A stretch of 32,000 nucleotides of DNA. It comes from Candidatus Harpocratesius repetitus (GTDB lineage: Archaea; Asgardarchaeota; Lokiarchaeia; Sigyniarchaeales; Promethearchaeaceae). Below are positions 1-9,956 of this stretch, in pieces (position 1 is the first letter of the stretch; each line of letters starts with the position of its first letter). A program made the translations under genes and the position numbers. The DNA lies in the NCBI GenBank assembly GCA_021498095.1, contig JAIZWK010000001.1, forward strand, positions 4,226,768 to 4,258,767, given 5' to 3'. Below the pieces are notes generated by a model. It saw only the letters and a list, made by a program, of their open reading frames with translations, ran no database searches and was not told the origin of the DNA.

Positions 1-333
1 TCGAAATCGTTCGTGTATTTGATCAAGCGTTATTACAAAATGAGATGGCAGATCGAAACCGCTTTTCGCGATGTGGAGGTGCATAAAGGAATTTGGCGGT
101 CAAACAACGATGCAACTCGACTCTTTGCTGAAATGGGGAAATATCTGCTCTTTAATATGTGGCAATTCGAACGAGATCAAATTCGCCCAGAGAGACGTTT
201 GACCTTTCAAGAGTTTCGAGATTGGCTTGTAGATGAAATTTCTCAGACAATTAACCTCTAAATCTTCAAATTTCGACTGAAACAAAAAAGGAAGGAAAGA
301 AAATGTAAAAAACATTATTTCATTGGGAACTGT
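1..333 (+). mobile_element. Right end of an ISH3/IS4-superfamily insertion sequence (transposase C-terminus plus putative right TIR), truncated by the window edge
   Basis: The frame is open from base 1 to 261: SKSFVYLIKRYYKMRWQIETAFRD, with the Y-x2-R-W-x-I-E DDE motif. ttgggaactg at 324-333 is the reverse complement of cagttcccaa at 8182-8191, and CAG-starting TIRs are typical of ISH3. Confidence 0.8.
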
Positions 334-395
334 AAAAGGAAATAATAAATGAATACATAACTCAAAAATGTAGTTCGTATAAAATAAAATAAAAT

Positions 396-1275
396 TTAAT
401 TAAAATATTCACGTTTCATTACCTTTTGAGAAAATTTTGCCATAGTTAAGGGTTTTTGAAGAGAATTTGCAAAATTAATACATTTTTTCAAGGTTTCTTC
501 GAATTGATATCCCACATATGAAGATCGGTGAGCATCAGATCCAAAAACAAGTGGAATTTCTCGTTCAATACATGCTTTAATCATTTCATCATGGGGATAC
601 TGCTCCTTAACTGGTCGATATAATCCAGAATGATTTATTTCTACAGCCATCTCACCAGTTCTTTTCACTTCATCTAAGAATTTCATTTTAAGATCCCAAA
701 TTTCGTCCGATCTACCAAAATATGTTCCGTATTTTTTTAGGAAGATCGCAGTGACCAACAATTTGAAATACACCAGTTTTAACCATTTTAATCAAATTCT
801 TATAATACTCCGAAAAAATCGTTTCTTCTCCAAATTTTTGAAATTTTTCCATAATATCAGGAGAATCAACTGGAAAAGGAATTTCATCATCAATTTTTAT
901 TATATGAATAGATCCGATGAGATAATCAAGTTTAGACTCATATTTTTTTAGTTCAGAGTATAATTGTGAAAGAACGTGCGGATCAGGATAGTAATCCACT
1001 TCAGAAGCGATTTTAATTTGAATTTTATCAGAATATTTGGATTGAAGAATTCTACATTCTTCAAGATACTCAGCAAATTGATCTCTTGGCATTGCAAACT
1101 GTTCTGCATTTGCTTCTTTTGGTAAAAAAAACATCGGAAAATGATCTGACAACCCTATTTCTTGCAATCCTATTTTTATGGCTTGTTGAACATATTCTTG
1201 CAATTTTCCAACTGCATGTCCACAACGTTTTGAATGAATATGATAATCCCAGAGATCTTGAATAGAAGCACACAC
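396..1275 (-). CDS. hisK: PHP-family histidinol-phosphatase (HisJ/HisK type), split by one extra base in an A7 run
   Basis: Motifs DYHIHS, CGHA, SDHFPM, EVDY, GSIH, GHCDLPKK, then EINHSGL and GSDAH in the second frame. The span is 880 nt (293 codons + 1). Removing one T from the T7 run at 732-738 gives ...LPKKYGTYFG. Confidence 0.8.
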
Positions 1276-1313
1276 TAGTGAAAAAAAGATGGAATAGAAA
1301 AAAATTTTTGCTT

Positions 1314-1817
1314 CTATCCATTCTCTCTTTCAATTATTTTTATTATTTGAATACAACAACGTTCAATAAGTAAAAACGTAGGTGTAACATCAATATAGAA
1401 ATCTTCACTTGGATCTCTAATTCGTTCATCGATTCCAGCAGCTTCATTAAGAATTAGAATTTTTTTTTTCATTTCCTCAACTTTTGTTGGAAAAAAGTCA
1501 TAAAGCAAATCACGTTGTAGAAATCTATCCATAACAAAAATAATGTCTTTCGTTACCAGCCAATTTTTACTAACTCGATGTGTTTCCATCATATCTGTTG
1601 TTCCAAATCCTCTTTGCTGCAAGAATCCTTTGGCTGAATTAGAAATAGATCGATTTGTTCTTTTATATCCTGCATCATAAAATCGAATTTGCCGAATTTT
1701 GGGGTTTTTTGATTGAACAGCTAAATCACGAAAAAGATAAGCAGCCACAGGGCTTAGAGTGGTATTATCCATGCATACTATTCCAATACTTTCAATATTT
1801 TTGTAAATTGATATCAT
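1314..1817 (-). CDS. Low-molecular-weight protein tyrosine phosphatase/ArsC-fold protein with a degenerate P-loop
   Basis: IVCMDNTTLSPVAAYLF aligns with the VCxGNxCRSPxAE P-loop. Downstream DIIFVMD and IRDP match the family layout. The catalytic Arg position is Leu. Confidence 0.7.
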   Translation of the reverse strand: MISIYKNIESIGIVCMDNTTLSPVAAYLFRDLAVQSKNPKIRQIRFYDAGYKRTNRSISNSAKGFLQQRGFGTTDMMETHRVSKNWLVTKDIIFVMDRFLQRDLLYDFFPTKVEEMKKKILILNEAAGIDERIRDPSEDFYIDVTPTFLLIERCCIQIIKIIERENG

Positions 1818-1956
1818 AGAACTTGATCTCCTTAAATGTTTATTGTAGCACCAAAATTTAAAAATATATAAGAAAATATAAGATCCTAGAATATTTATTA
1901 CAAGAGAGAAACGAACAAAGGTATTTTTCGTTCAATATTTTTTTTGGGGGAATTTC

Positions 1957-3819
1957 ATGGAAAATTTAGAAAATAAAGCAAATTCTCAGTTTGCAGAAAT
2001 TGGAAGAAAAGATGTAAACCAGTTATTATTTCAAATTTTAGAAACAAAAAGACCCACAGAAATGTTAGAAAGAATCCTTTCTAAAAGTTCTGAACTACTT
2101 CAAGCCGATGCAGCTACAATAGTTTTATGGAAATCAGGTTTGGGGGTCTTTAATACTTTGATAAACATCCCTCCACAAATTCCACTTAAAGGAACATTAT
2201 TAACTCCAGATAAAGGAGGATTAGATGGAAGAATTTTGCGAGAATCCTCAAAAAAATTCATTCAGTTAACAAATTACTCAAAAAATATGGATGCATTTCC
2301 CCCTTTAAAAGAAGCTGGCTTTCAATTCGCGATTGGAGGACGAATAAATATTCAAGATGGGTTAATTCTTGCAACAGTATGCTTCTATTTTTTAAAGCGT
2401 TCAAAAAGATTTAATGAAGAAGAACTAAGAGATTTCCCAATAATTTTATCACAGATTGGAATTGCAATATTGAATGCATATCTTTATCAAAAATTGGAAG
2501 ATATATCTATACTAAATAAAGAAACAACCAATTTTATGGATCTTTTAATTAACTCTACTCCAGATATTATCATCAATACAGATTTGAATGGAAAAATAAA
2601 ATTATGGAATCGATCTGCAGAGGAAATTTTAGGATTTTCATCAAATGAAGTAATGACTGCAAAATTACCTTTGAAAGAAGGAGAAAATGAAGAAAAATTC
2701 TATGTTCTTTTTTCAAAAGCTCGAAAAGGTGAATCAATATTTAATCATGAAATTTTATTCAAAAAGAAAAAAAATAAGAAGAATTCAACGAAAAATATAA
2801 TTGCTAGAATTAATTTATCATTAATTCCTGTATACAATCAACAAGATGTAATTGAATCCATTTTACTTACAGGAAAAGACTTATCAGAAGAACATATATT
2901 GCAAGAAAAGGTAAATAAGATTAATTTTGAACTGAATCAAAAAAATATTGCTTTATTGAAAAAAGAAAAATTACTATATAAAACAAAGAAAGAATTAGAT
3001 ACAGCAGAGAAATTTGCTTCGATAGGGACAATTATTGAAAGACTAAATCACCAAATTAATAACCCTCTAATGGGTCTACTTTCACTCTTATCAATATCTA
3101 TCGAAGATATTAAGGAAATTTCTGAAAGATTTCAAAATAAAAAAGAAAACATACCGAAAATGGTAAAGAATCTCCAAGAATCCTTACTCCCCCAACTTAA
3201 AGATAGTGTTGCACTTGGATATCGAATAAATGAAGTTTTAAAGCACGTTCGTTTTTTTTCAGAAGTTGCTAAAGAAATTCATTTTAGAAAAAGTACTAAT
3301 TTAGTTGAGGTAATTAATCAGACTTTAGATAAATATAAGGAAAAAGAATTTTCAAAACAAATAGAAATTAAAAAGAAAATTGACTTAAAATCAGCTTTAA
3401 TTTATGGAAATTTCAAACAGCTTCAGTTTGTTATTGATTCACTTATTGAAAATGCAATAAAGGCAATAGAATTGAATACAAATTCAAAAAATAAAGGAAT
3501 TATTGAAGTTAATTTAATGGAATATATTGTAAATAAACGAAGATATTATCGTATGGAAATCTCAGATAATGGAATTGGATTAACCCAAGATCAAATAGAA
3601 AATCTTTTTGATCCTTTTTATATTAATTGGCCAGATTGTATCCAAATGACAAAAACACAATCAAAACTACATGTTGGATTAAGTCTTGCAATAGTAAAAC
3701 TAATAATGATTAATCATAACGGGTATATAGATATATTATCCAAAAATATTGATACATATAATTTCACACAAGAAGAAATCAAAGGAACAAAATTTATCTT
3801 GGATTTTCCTAGTTTATAA
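1957..3819 (+). CDS. GAF-PAS sensor histidine kinase
   Basis: GAF-like N-terminus; PAS (PDIIINTDLNGKIKLWNRSAEEILGF); H-box LNHQINNPL; N-box LIENAIKA; G1 SDNGIG; F-box LFDPF; atypical G2 HVGLSL. Confidence 0.9.
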   Translation: MENLENKANSQFAEIGRKDVNQLLFQILETKRPTEMLERILSKSSELLQADAATIVLWKSGLGVFNTLINIPPQIPLKGTLLTPDKGGLDGRILRESSKKFIQLTNYSKNMDAFPPLKEAGFQFAIGGRINIQDGLILATVCFYFLKRSKRFNEEELRDFPIILSQIGIAILNAYLYQKLEDISILNKETTNFMDLLINSTPDIIINTDLNGKIKLWNRSAEEILGFSSNEVMTAKLPLKEGENEEKFYVLFSKARKGESIFNHEILFKKKKNKKNSTKNIIARINLSLIPVYNQQDVIESILLTGKDLSEEHILQEKVNKINFELNQKNIALLKKEKLLYKTKKELDTAEKFASIGTIIERLNHQINNPLMGLLSLLSISIEDIKEISERFQNKKENIPKMVKNLQESLLPQLKDSVALGYRINEVLKHVRFFSEVAKEIHFRKSTNLVEVINQTLDKYKEKEFSKQIEIKKKIDLKSALIYGNFKQLQFVIDSLIENAIKAIELNTNSKNKGIIEVNLMEYIVNKRRYYRMEISDNGIGLTQDQIENLFDPFYINWPDCIQMTKTQSKLHVGLSLAIVKLIMINHNGYIDILSKNIDTYNFTQEEIKGTKFILDFPSL

Positions 3820-3918
3820 TTTAGCTAAAAAGGAGAAGATCTTAAATATTAATAAAATACCAAAGAATATATAGAAGCTTCATCTTGAAAGTTAGGCATT
3901 CTCAAAAGTGATCATACT

Positions 3919-4593
3919 ATGACAGATAAAAAGGGAAAGGCATCAAACATTAATTCTCTTACTCATGAACAAGGAAAAATATTAATAATTGATGATGAGA
4001 TCGCCTTAAGAAAATCATTAAAAAAAATGCTGGAAAGAGCAGGCTTTTACTGTGAAACAGCATTTGATTATTCAAGTGCACAAGAAGCGGTAGAAAATCT
4101 TAATTTCGATTTAATTTTAGTAGATATAATACTACCTGAAATGAATGGGTTATCATTAATTGCAAAACTTCAAGATAAGATAAAAATTTCGAGTGCAATT
4201 ATTTTTGTTACTGGTGAACCTAATTTAGAAACAGCAATGCAAGCTATTAAATTAGGTGCTTATGATTATTTAGAAAAACCCACTCAGCGAACAGTTTTAA
4301 TTGAATCAATAAAGCGAGCACTTTTGCGTAGGGGATATAAACTTAAAGTTGCTGGAGAAGAAATCCAAAAAACAATAAATTTAAATTCAACTATAATAAA
4401 AACCGAAAAATACCAGATGAATGAAGAACTTAAAGAAGAATTTCAAAAATGTGTTAATACGATCCATAATGCACTTCTAGAATTAAAAAAAAAATATGGA
4501 GAAGAATTATCCACTGATCAAAGATTACTTTTAAATCAAATTGCTCAAAGTAATGGAAAATTAAAAAAAACATTAAAAAAAATCACAGAATAA
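3919..4593 (+). CDS. Response regulator (REC domain plus helical C-terminal domain)
   Basis: IIDDE, phospho-acceptor LVDIILPEMNG, VTG and YLEKP; directly downstream of the kinase. Confidence 0.9.
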   Translation: MTDKKGKASNINSLTHEQGKILIIDDEIALRKSLKKMLERAGFYCETAFDYSSAQEAVENLNFDLILVDIILPEMNGLSLIAKLQDKIKISSAIIFVTGEPNLETAMQAIKLGAYDYLEKPTQRTVLIESIKRALLRRGYKLKVAGEEIQKTINLNSTIIKTEKYQMNEELKEEFQKCVNTIHNALLELKKKYGEELSTDQRLLLNQIAQSNGKLKKTLKKITE

Positions 4594-4603
4594 TGAAAAT
4601 TAC

Positions 4604-5154
4604 GACTATTTTTAAGGATAAAGGATCAATTAAGAGAAGCCATATTTTTTAAATTATTCCCAAATTATCTTTCAAATATTTATTTTTGGCAACATAATTG
4701 AAACTTGAAAGCAAAACATACAATATTTTAAAGCTTTTGACAAAGAAAAGCATGGATATGCAAAAATTGATTTTTTTTATAAAACTCTCAAACTAGCAAA
4801 AAATATGCTTTCCGCAGTTACAGTTGCTATCAAGAAAATACAAGACTATGTGTGCAAAAGTTATATCGATTTATCCTGCAGAGAATATGATTAGTGTGAT
4901 TGAGATTCGCGTGTATTTAACTGTTCTTAAAACACATGAAGGCTTAGAACAGTGACTTCGAGTATATATTAAAATCACAAATGAACCCGAAATCTTAGGA
5001 ATAGCCATTGTTCCACACCGATTTAGCCCCAAAATTCTATTCAATGTATAGAACAATTCAATAATTAAACGATTATTTCAATTAAACGAAAAATTGGGGA
5101 AAAAAATTCAAACCGAGGTGTCAATGAATTGATCCTTCGTAATTAAAAATAGCC
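4604..5154 (+). mobile_element. 551-bp non-autonomous TIR element (MITE-like or internally deleted IS)
   Basis: 28-bp imperfect TIRs at 4604-4631 and 5127-5154 (23/28 match), flanked by the perfect 8-bp direct repeat AAAATTAC at 4596-4603 and 5155-5162. Confidence 0.85.
4887..5132 (+). pseudogene. Decayed C-terminal ORF remnant inside the 551-bp element, ending within the right TIR
   Basis: One frame reads ...IVPHRFSPKILFNV*NNSIIKRLFQLNEKLGKKIQTEVSMN* with two internal stops. It is homologous to 11392-11536. Confidence 0.6.
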
Positions 5155-5270
5155 AAAATTACAAATAATTATTTTTTTTATATAATCTCGATTTATCTTC
5201 TACTTATAACAAATGAACAAGATAAAGATTTATTTTGAACGTTCGCTTCATCATAGTGGGAGATACACAG

Positions 5271-7220
5271 ATGTTTAATATAAGACTCAAGCAATTAAAA
5301 AGAAGAATTTATACTTATTATTCACAATTGACAAATCTTTCAATTCAACAATTTGCATCTCAAGTTTTAGCGGAGGTATTTGGAGAAAATTGGGAAAATA
5401 CAGAAGATGTAATCTCACCCATCCAAGATATTTTAATAGTACTGGATCAAATTAATATTTTAGGACAAATTTTCGGGAGAGGTGTCTCTCATATGGCAGT
5501 TGAAGAGCCGCATCATGAAATCTTTTATAAACTCCAATGCTTGTTCAATTTAGGAAAAATATTTATTCAAACTCTCTCTGAAAATGAATGTAATTTTTCA
5601 GATTTTAATCCACGCCAAATTATTCTTTCGGAAGAAAAATTTGAAACACTTCAAAATCAATTGCGTCCCATTAAAAAGAATGAAAACCACAGCCTTACAA
5701 CAATTGAAAGCATCGTTCAATATGTTTTAGATCATGCATTTGAAGAATACAATGAGTTTTGTTCAGTAAACTCTTGGAATGAATTACTTAGTTATATTTT
5801 CCAAGTTGATTTGGAAGATGAAACGAAAGGTGCTAAAAAAATTAAACAAACAAATATTAAAGAATTGCTTCTTTCAGAACAGGTAGAAGGCGCTTTAATC
5901 GAATCAATTTTTCGAAAATATGATGGTTTATTGGCTTATACCATGAGTATGCTTACAATGTTATCAAGTACAAAGTATTCGGAAAAGTATACTCCATATC
6001 TGAACAAAATACTAGAAAAATTAGGCACATCAACTAAAGTAATTCTTTTACAAGGTAGATTGACGAAAGATTTCGAAATTTTGCATGAATTGGAAAAGGA
6101 TATCAGAGATTTACAAACTAAAATTTCAGGAAAGATTAAATCTCTTCAAATAGCAATTAGTGAAAAAAAAATTCAAAATTTCTTTAATTACTTATTACAT
6201 CTTCCAAAATTATCAAAAGAGATGAAATTTCCTGAAAGTTTAGAAGAAGCTCCAGGATTTGAAGAGCTGACAAAAAATGGACGAATCAAGATGATGATGA
6301 ATTCAATAATTCCTAAATGGAGTCATTATAAAGAAATTTTCACCGATATTCGGAATTCTTTGATAAATTTTGATGAATTTTTTGACAAGATGATTAGAGG
6401 AGTTAACGATATCACTGCAGATCTTTTTGCTGAAGGTTTTCAAGCATCTATTCCATTACAAGATGTTGAAACCTGTGAACGGGCAGGAATTCATGTTAAA
6501 AACCTTACAGCAACATTTTCATCTCAGAAAACTCAGATTTCAGACGAAGATTTTGATATAAAACAAAAATTACTGCGAAAATTTGAAGATATGTTGCACG
6601 ATTTACAAACAATTCTACGTCAAAAAACTACAGAAGAAGAAGCAATTAAAGTAGAGCCTCAAATTTTTACACCACTATTAAATATAATTTCTGGTCTTTA
6701 CACTCAATGGACGGAAAACAAAGTTTTGTCCGCTTTTAAAGAAGAAGCAATCATGGTTTCTCGTTATTTACAGTCAATCTTAAATATAATTGAAAGTATA
6801 TACAAGAAAATTAAACCTTTTGAGAAAAAATTCCTTAATCGAGAGAATATCAAGAATTTACAAGTAGAACATGAATACTATATGGATAAAATGAGCGAAA
6901 TAATGATGATTTTGAAAGTATCATTATTCACTAACGATTTAACAAAAAATATATGGCATTTGTCTCGTGATTATGTATTGAAAATTGGAAAAAATGCAAA
7001 ATATATAATCAATCCAGATGAAATTAGCAAATTAATCAGCGATATGCCCAAAACATTGAAACGAGAATATATGCAACGTTTAATAACACAAGAACAAAGA
7101 AAGGAGAAGATGAAATATTATTCGAAAGTTAATGAAATCATAGAAAATTTGAAAAATATTCCACTTTCTGAAAGAGAATTGTTGATACCATATGAAGAAA
7201 TCAAAAAAATGATTAAATAA
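5271..7220 (+). CDS. Large hypothetical, predicted all-helical protein (about 649 aa)
   Basis: Long uninterrupted ORF; ATG at 5271 preferred over TTG at 5235; rich in E/K/I/L; no motif recognised. Confidence 0.75.
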   Translation: MFNIRLKQLKRRIYTYYSQLTNLSIQQFASQVLAEVFGENWENTEDVISPIQDILIVLDQINILGQIFGRGVSHMAVEEPHHEIFYKLQCLFNLGKIFIQTLSENECNFSDFNPRQIILSEEKFETLQNQLRPIKKNENHSLTTIESIVQYVLDHAFEEYNEFCSVNSWNELLSYIFQVDLEDETKGAKKIKQTNIKELLLSEQVEGALIESIFRKYDGLLAYTMSMLTMLSSTKYSEKYTPYLNKILEKLGTSTKVILLQGRLTKDFEILHELEKDIRDLQTKISGKIKSLQIAISEKKIQNFFNYLLHLPKLSKEMKFPESLEEAPGFEELTKNGRIKMMMNSIIPKWSHYKEIFTDIRNSLINFDEFFDKMIRGVNDITADLFAEGFQASIPLQDVETCERAGIHVKNLTATFSSQKTQISDEDFDIKQKLLRKFEDMLHDLQTILRQKTTEEEAIKVEPQIFTPLLNIISGLYTQWTENKVLSAFKEEAIMVSRYLQSILNIIESIYKKIKPFEKKFLNRENIKNLQVEHEYYMDKMSEIMMILKVSLFTNDLTKNIWHLSRDYVLKIGKNAKYIINPDEISKLISDMPKTLKREYMQRLITQEQRKEKMKYYSKVNEIIENLKNIPLSERELLIPYEEIKKMIK

Positions 7221-7245
7221 CTATAAAATTGCAAATAATTTTTGA

Positions 7246-8004
7246 TTAACGCTTATTTTTGGTTCTTTTTTTGGTTTTTGAAATTCTTGAATCATTTTTC
7301 TGAATTTTCTTTTCACAATTCTTTTCAATTGGGCAGATATCACATAGAGGGTTAATAGGCTTACAAATATTTTTACCAAAACTCACCATAGTGTAATTAA
7401 TTCGCATCCATTCCTCTTTTGGAAATAGTTTCTCCAAAGCATGCTCTGTTTTTTCTGGAGTTTTTGTTTCAACCCAACCGATCCTATTTGCAATTCTGTG
7501 CACATGTGTGTCAACAGGAATTGCAGGCTTATTGAAAGAAACAACCAGAACGCAATTTGCTACCTTTCTTCCTACTCCTGGTAATTGAACTAATAGGGAA
7601 AGATCATCCGGTACTTTATCATTATATTTTTCATGAATAATTCGAGCCGTTTCTTTTATTCTTTTAGCCTTTTGTTTGTATGTCCCACTACTGTGTATTA
7701 ATTCTTCAATGTGTTCAATTGGAGCCTCTGCAAGATCCTTGGGTGTTGAATAATGTTGCCAAAGATTTTCAATCACTTTAATGGTCGTTTCATCACGGCT
7801 TCTTACTGATAAAATTGTGGCAACTAAAGTTTTAAATGCATAAGGTTTTCGAATTTCAGAAGAATTGAACTGATAATTTTTAGGATCCGGCTGTAATTGT
7901 TCCAAAAGTAGAGAATATCCCTTAATTGTATCAAACATTTTATGAAGCATTTCCACTCGACATTTTTCATCTTTACACGAGATTATGCTTCCTTTATTCT
8001 TCAT
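7246..8004 (-). CDS. nth: Endonuclease III (HhH-GPD DNA glycosylase/AP lyase with 4Fe-4S cluster)
   Basis: LVATILS; HhH LPGVGRKVAN with catalytic Lys; PVDTHVHRI with catalytic Asp; C-x6-C-x2-C-x5-C. ATG at 8004 preferred as start. Confidence 0.92.
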   Translation of the reverse strand: MKNKGSIISCKDEKCRVEMLHKMFDTIKGYSLLLEQLQPDPKNYQFNSSEIRKPYAFKTLVATILSVRSRDETTIKVIENLWQHYSTPKDLAEAPIEHIEELIHSSGTYKQKAKRIKETARIIHEKYNDKVPDDLSLLVQLPGVGRKVANCVLVVSFNKPAIPVDTHVHRIANRIGWVETKTPEKTEHALEKLFPKEEWMRINYTMVSFGKNICKPINPLCDICPIEKNCEKKIQKNDSRISKTKKRTKNKR

Positions 8005-8181
8005 ACGTATAGAAAGCACTGAAAATAGAAAAAGATAATAATTAGTAGTTATAAGCGCACCGATCAAAAATCGAATAATTAAGAAGAAAAAGGGTTATTT
8101 TTAAAGATGAAGGATCAATTAGGAGAACTATTCCATAAATAACTATTTCTTTTGGAGCAGAATGAAGAAGAGAATGAAAAA

Positions 8182-8850
8182 CAGTTCCCAACTATTCGAC
8201 AAAAATATTAAATCAGAAATAAGCTCTCTTATCTAGTGTTTGCATCAACAAGAATAAAAGAAAAGAAAAGGATGCCTTCATTATCATAGAGCGATGATTC
8301 ATGGACTATATAAATCTTTTTTTGTAGGATATCATCATGTGGCAAAAGAAGAATCTAAAATTCCATATATGCTTGATATTACTGATTGGTTAATAAATTT
8401 GGGAGTAGAAATCAAAGTTTGTGTGATTGATCGTGAATACTACCTTCAAAATATTTTAAAATCATATAAAAATCTGGGAATTCCTGTAATCACACCTGCA
8501 AAAAACTACAAACAACTTAAAAAAGCAAAAAAAGAGTATATTTTAGGAAATAAAGAGAGGATTCAAGCCTTCACAATAAGAAGTAAGAATAGAACGAACC
8601 AAAAGCGAAAATTTACACGTTGCTGGGTCCATTTATTTCCTCGAGGAAAACAGAATCTAAATGATTTGAAATACGCCTATCGACAAGGATGACTAAGTTT
8701 AAATGAAATGTGTGAATAATTATATGGTTTAATTACTAGTATTCCACAATAATATCGCTTAAAGTCTTTCGTGTACCTATTCAAGCAATATTACAAAATG
8801 AGATGCAAATTGAGACAACTTTTCGTGATATAAGCACAAATAAAATCCTT
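8182..8850 (+). pseudogene. ISH3/IS4-like transposase pseudogene A (5'-truncated)
   Basis: VCVIDREYY motif; in-frame stops at 8690, 8717 and 8750; then KSFVYLFKQYYKMR-(1-nt deletion)-QIETTFRD, homologous to the ORF at 1-261. Candidate left TIR cagttcccaa at 8182. Confidence 0.8.
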
Positions 8851-9910
8851 CAGCCATGGATTCTTCATTTACAAAATAAAATATCCGCTGTAGAAGAGGC
8901 AAAGTGTCAAGTTGAAATAATTGAAGCCGATAGGGGTTATTATAACTCTGAATTTTTTGCACATTCTTATTTAGGAAAGATGCGGGGGTTTGACGTACCG
9001 TCTGAGCTTATCCGCTGTAATGTACCAACTAAATTTACTGCAGGGAAAAAAGAGTCTATATGGAATTTTCTGATTGATGACAAATTTAAGCAAGTTTCTC
9101 TACATTCTATGCAGATAAACCATTATTGTCCAATGAATCTTCGAGATTTATGCCGTAAATATAATGTTCCTTATGAAGATGGATATTATAAGATTCCTGT
9201 TGCCCAGGTTGTTTTAGTAGATGAATATCAAAAAGGAAAATCCAGATCATTTGAATCTATAAAAAATGAAGCTTTTTTAATCCAAAATAAAGTTCTTTCT
9301 ATTCAGGAGCAGTTAAAACTTGTTGAAGATGAGTATTTCAAATTCCAACAAGCGACTAAAAAAAATCCGCACCGACTCAAATACAGGAAAGCCAAACGAC
9401 GGAAAAAATTCAGCAATAGCGTGGAAGAACGACTTTATTGTCTCCATTATTCACTCTATGATCACAAAATTCGTTTGGAAGAGAAAAAAAAATAAATTAA
9501 TTCATGTTGTCACCTTCTTTACCATCTCAACTGCACCCGGAGAAGATCCTACTAAGTTAAACGGAAAATTTATCAAATTTGCAAGGGATTATCATGAACG
9601 ATGGCGGATTGAAAAAGGTTTTCGAGATACTAAATACCAATTTTTATATAAGAGTCGTTCCCAAAAATCTACATGACGACAATTTTATTGGATCGCAGGA
9701 TTAGAATTGTATAATCAATGATAGCGACATAAACTGCTGGATCTTTTAGTACAAGAACAGAGTAGCGTCCACAATATTGTTCCGTGGAATTCTCGATGTC
9801 GACATATCCGAAAAAAATTAAAGAAAAAAAGACGTACAAAATGGTCTGCCAAGTATTATTTGCTACGTTTATGGGAAACTGGACTTAATTTATGGCTAAA
9901 TCAATTTTAG
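8851..9910 (+). pseudogene. IS4-superfamily (DDE_Tnp_1-like) transposase pseudogene B, fused to remnant A
   Basis: IEADRGYY; frameshift in the A9 run at about 9484-9492; YHERWRIEKGF; several stops after 9673; last frame ends LWLNQF* at 9910. The junction position is approximate. Confidence 0.75.
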
Positions 9911-9956
9911 ATGCAGAAGATAAAAGTTAAAAAGTGAAAAAATAAAAATAATGAAT

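Noticed and set aside
8690-9730. Stop-codon recoding or programmed frameshifting in the transposases
   Set aside because: TGA, TAA and TAG all interrupt these remnants, along with indels, while host genes use the standard code. This is ordinary decay.
9872-9881. TGGGAAACTG as the right TIR of the nested ISH3-like element
   Set aside because: Imperfect match, and it lies inside the coding W-E-T-G of remnant B.
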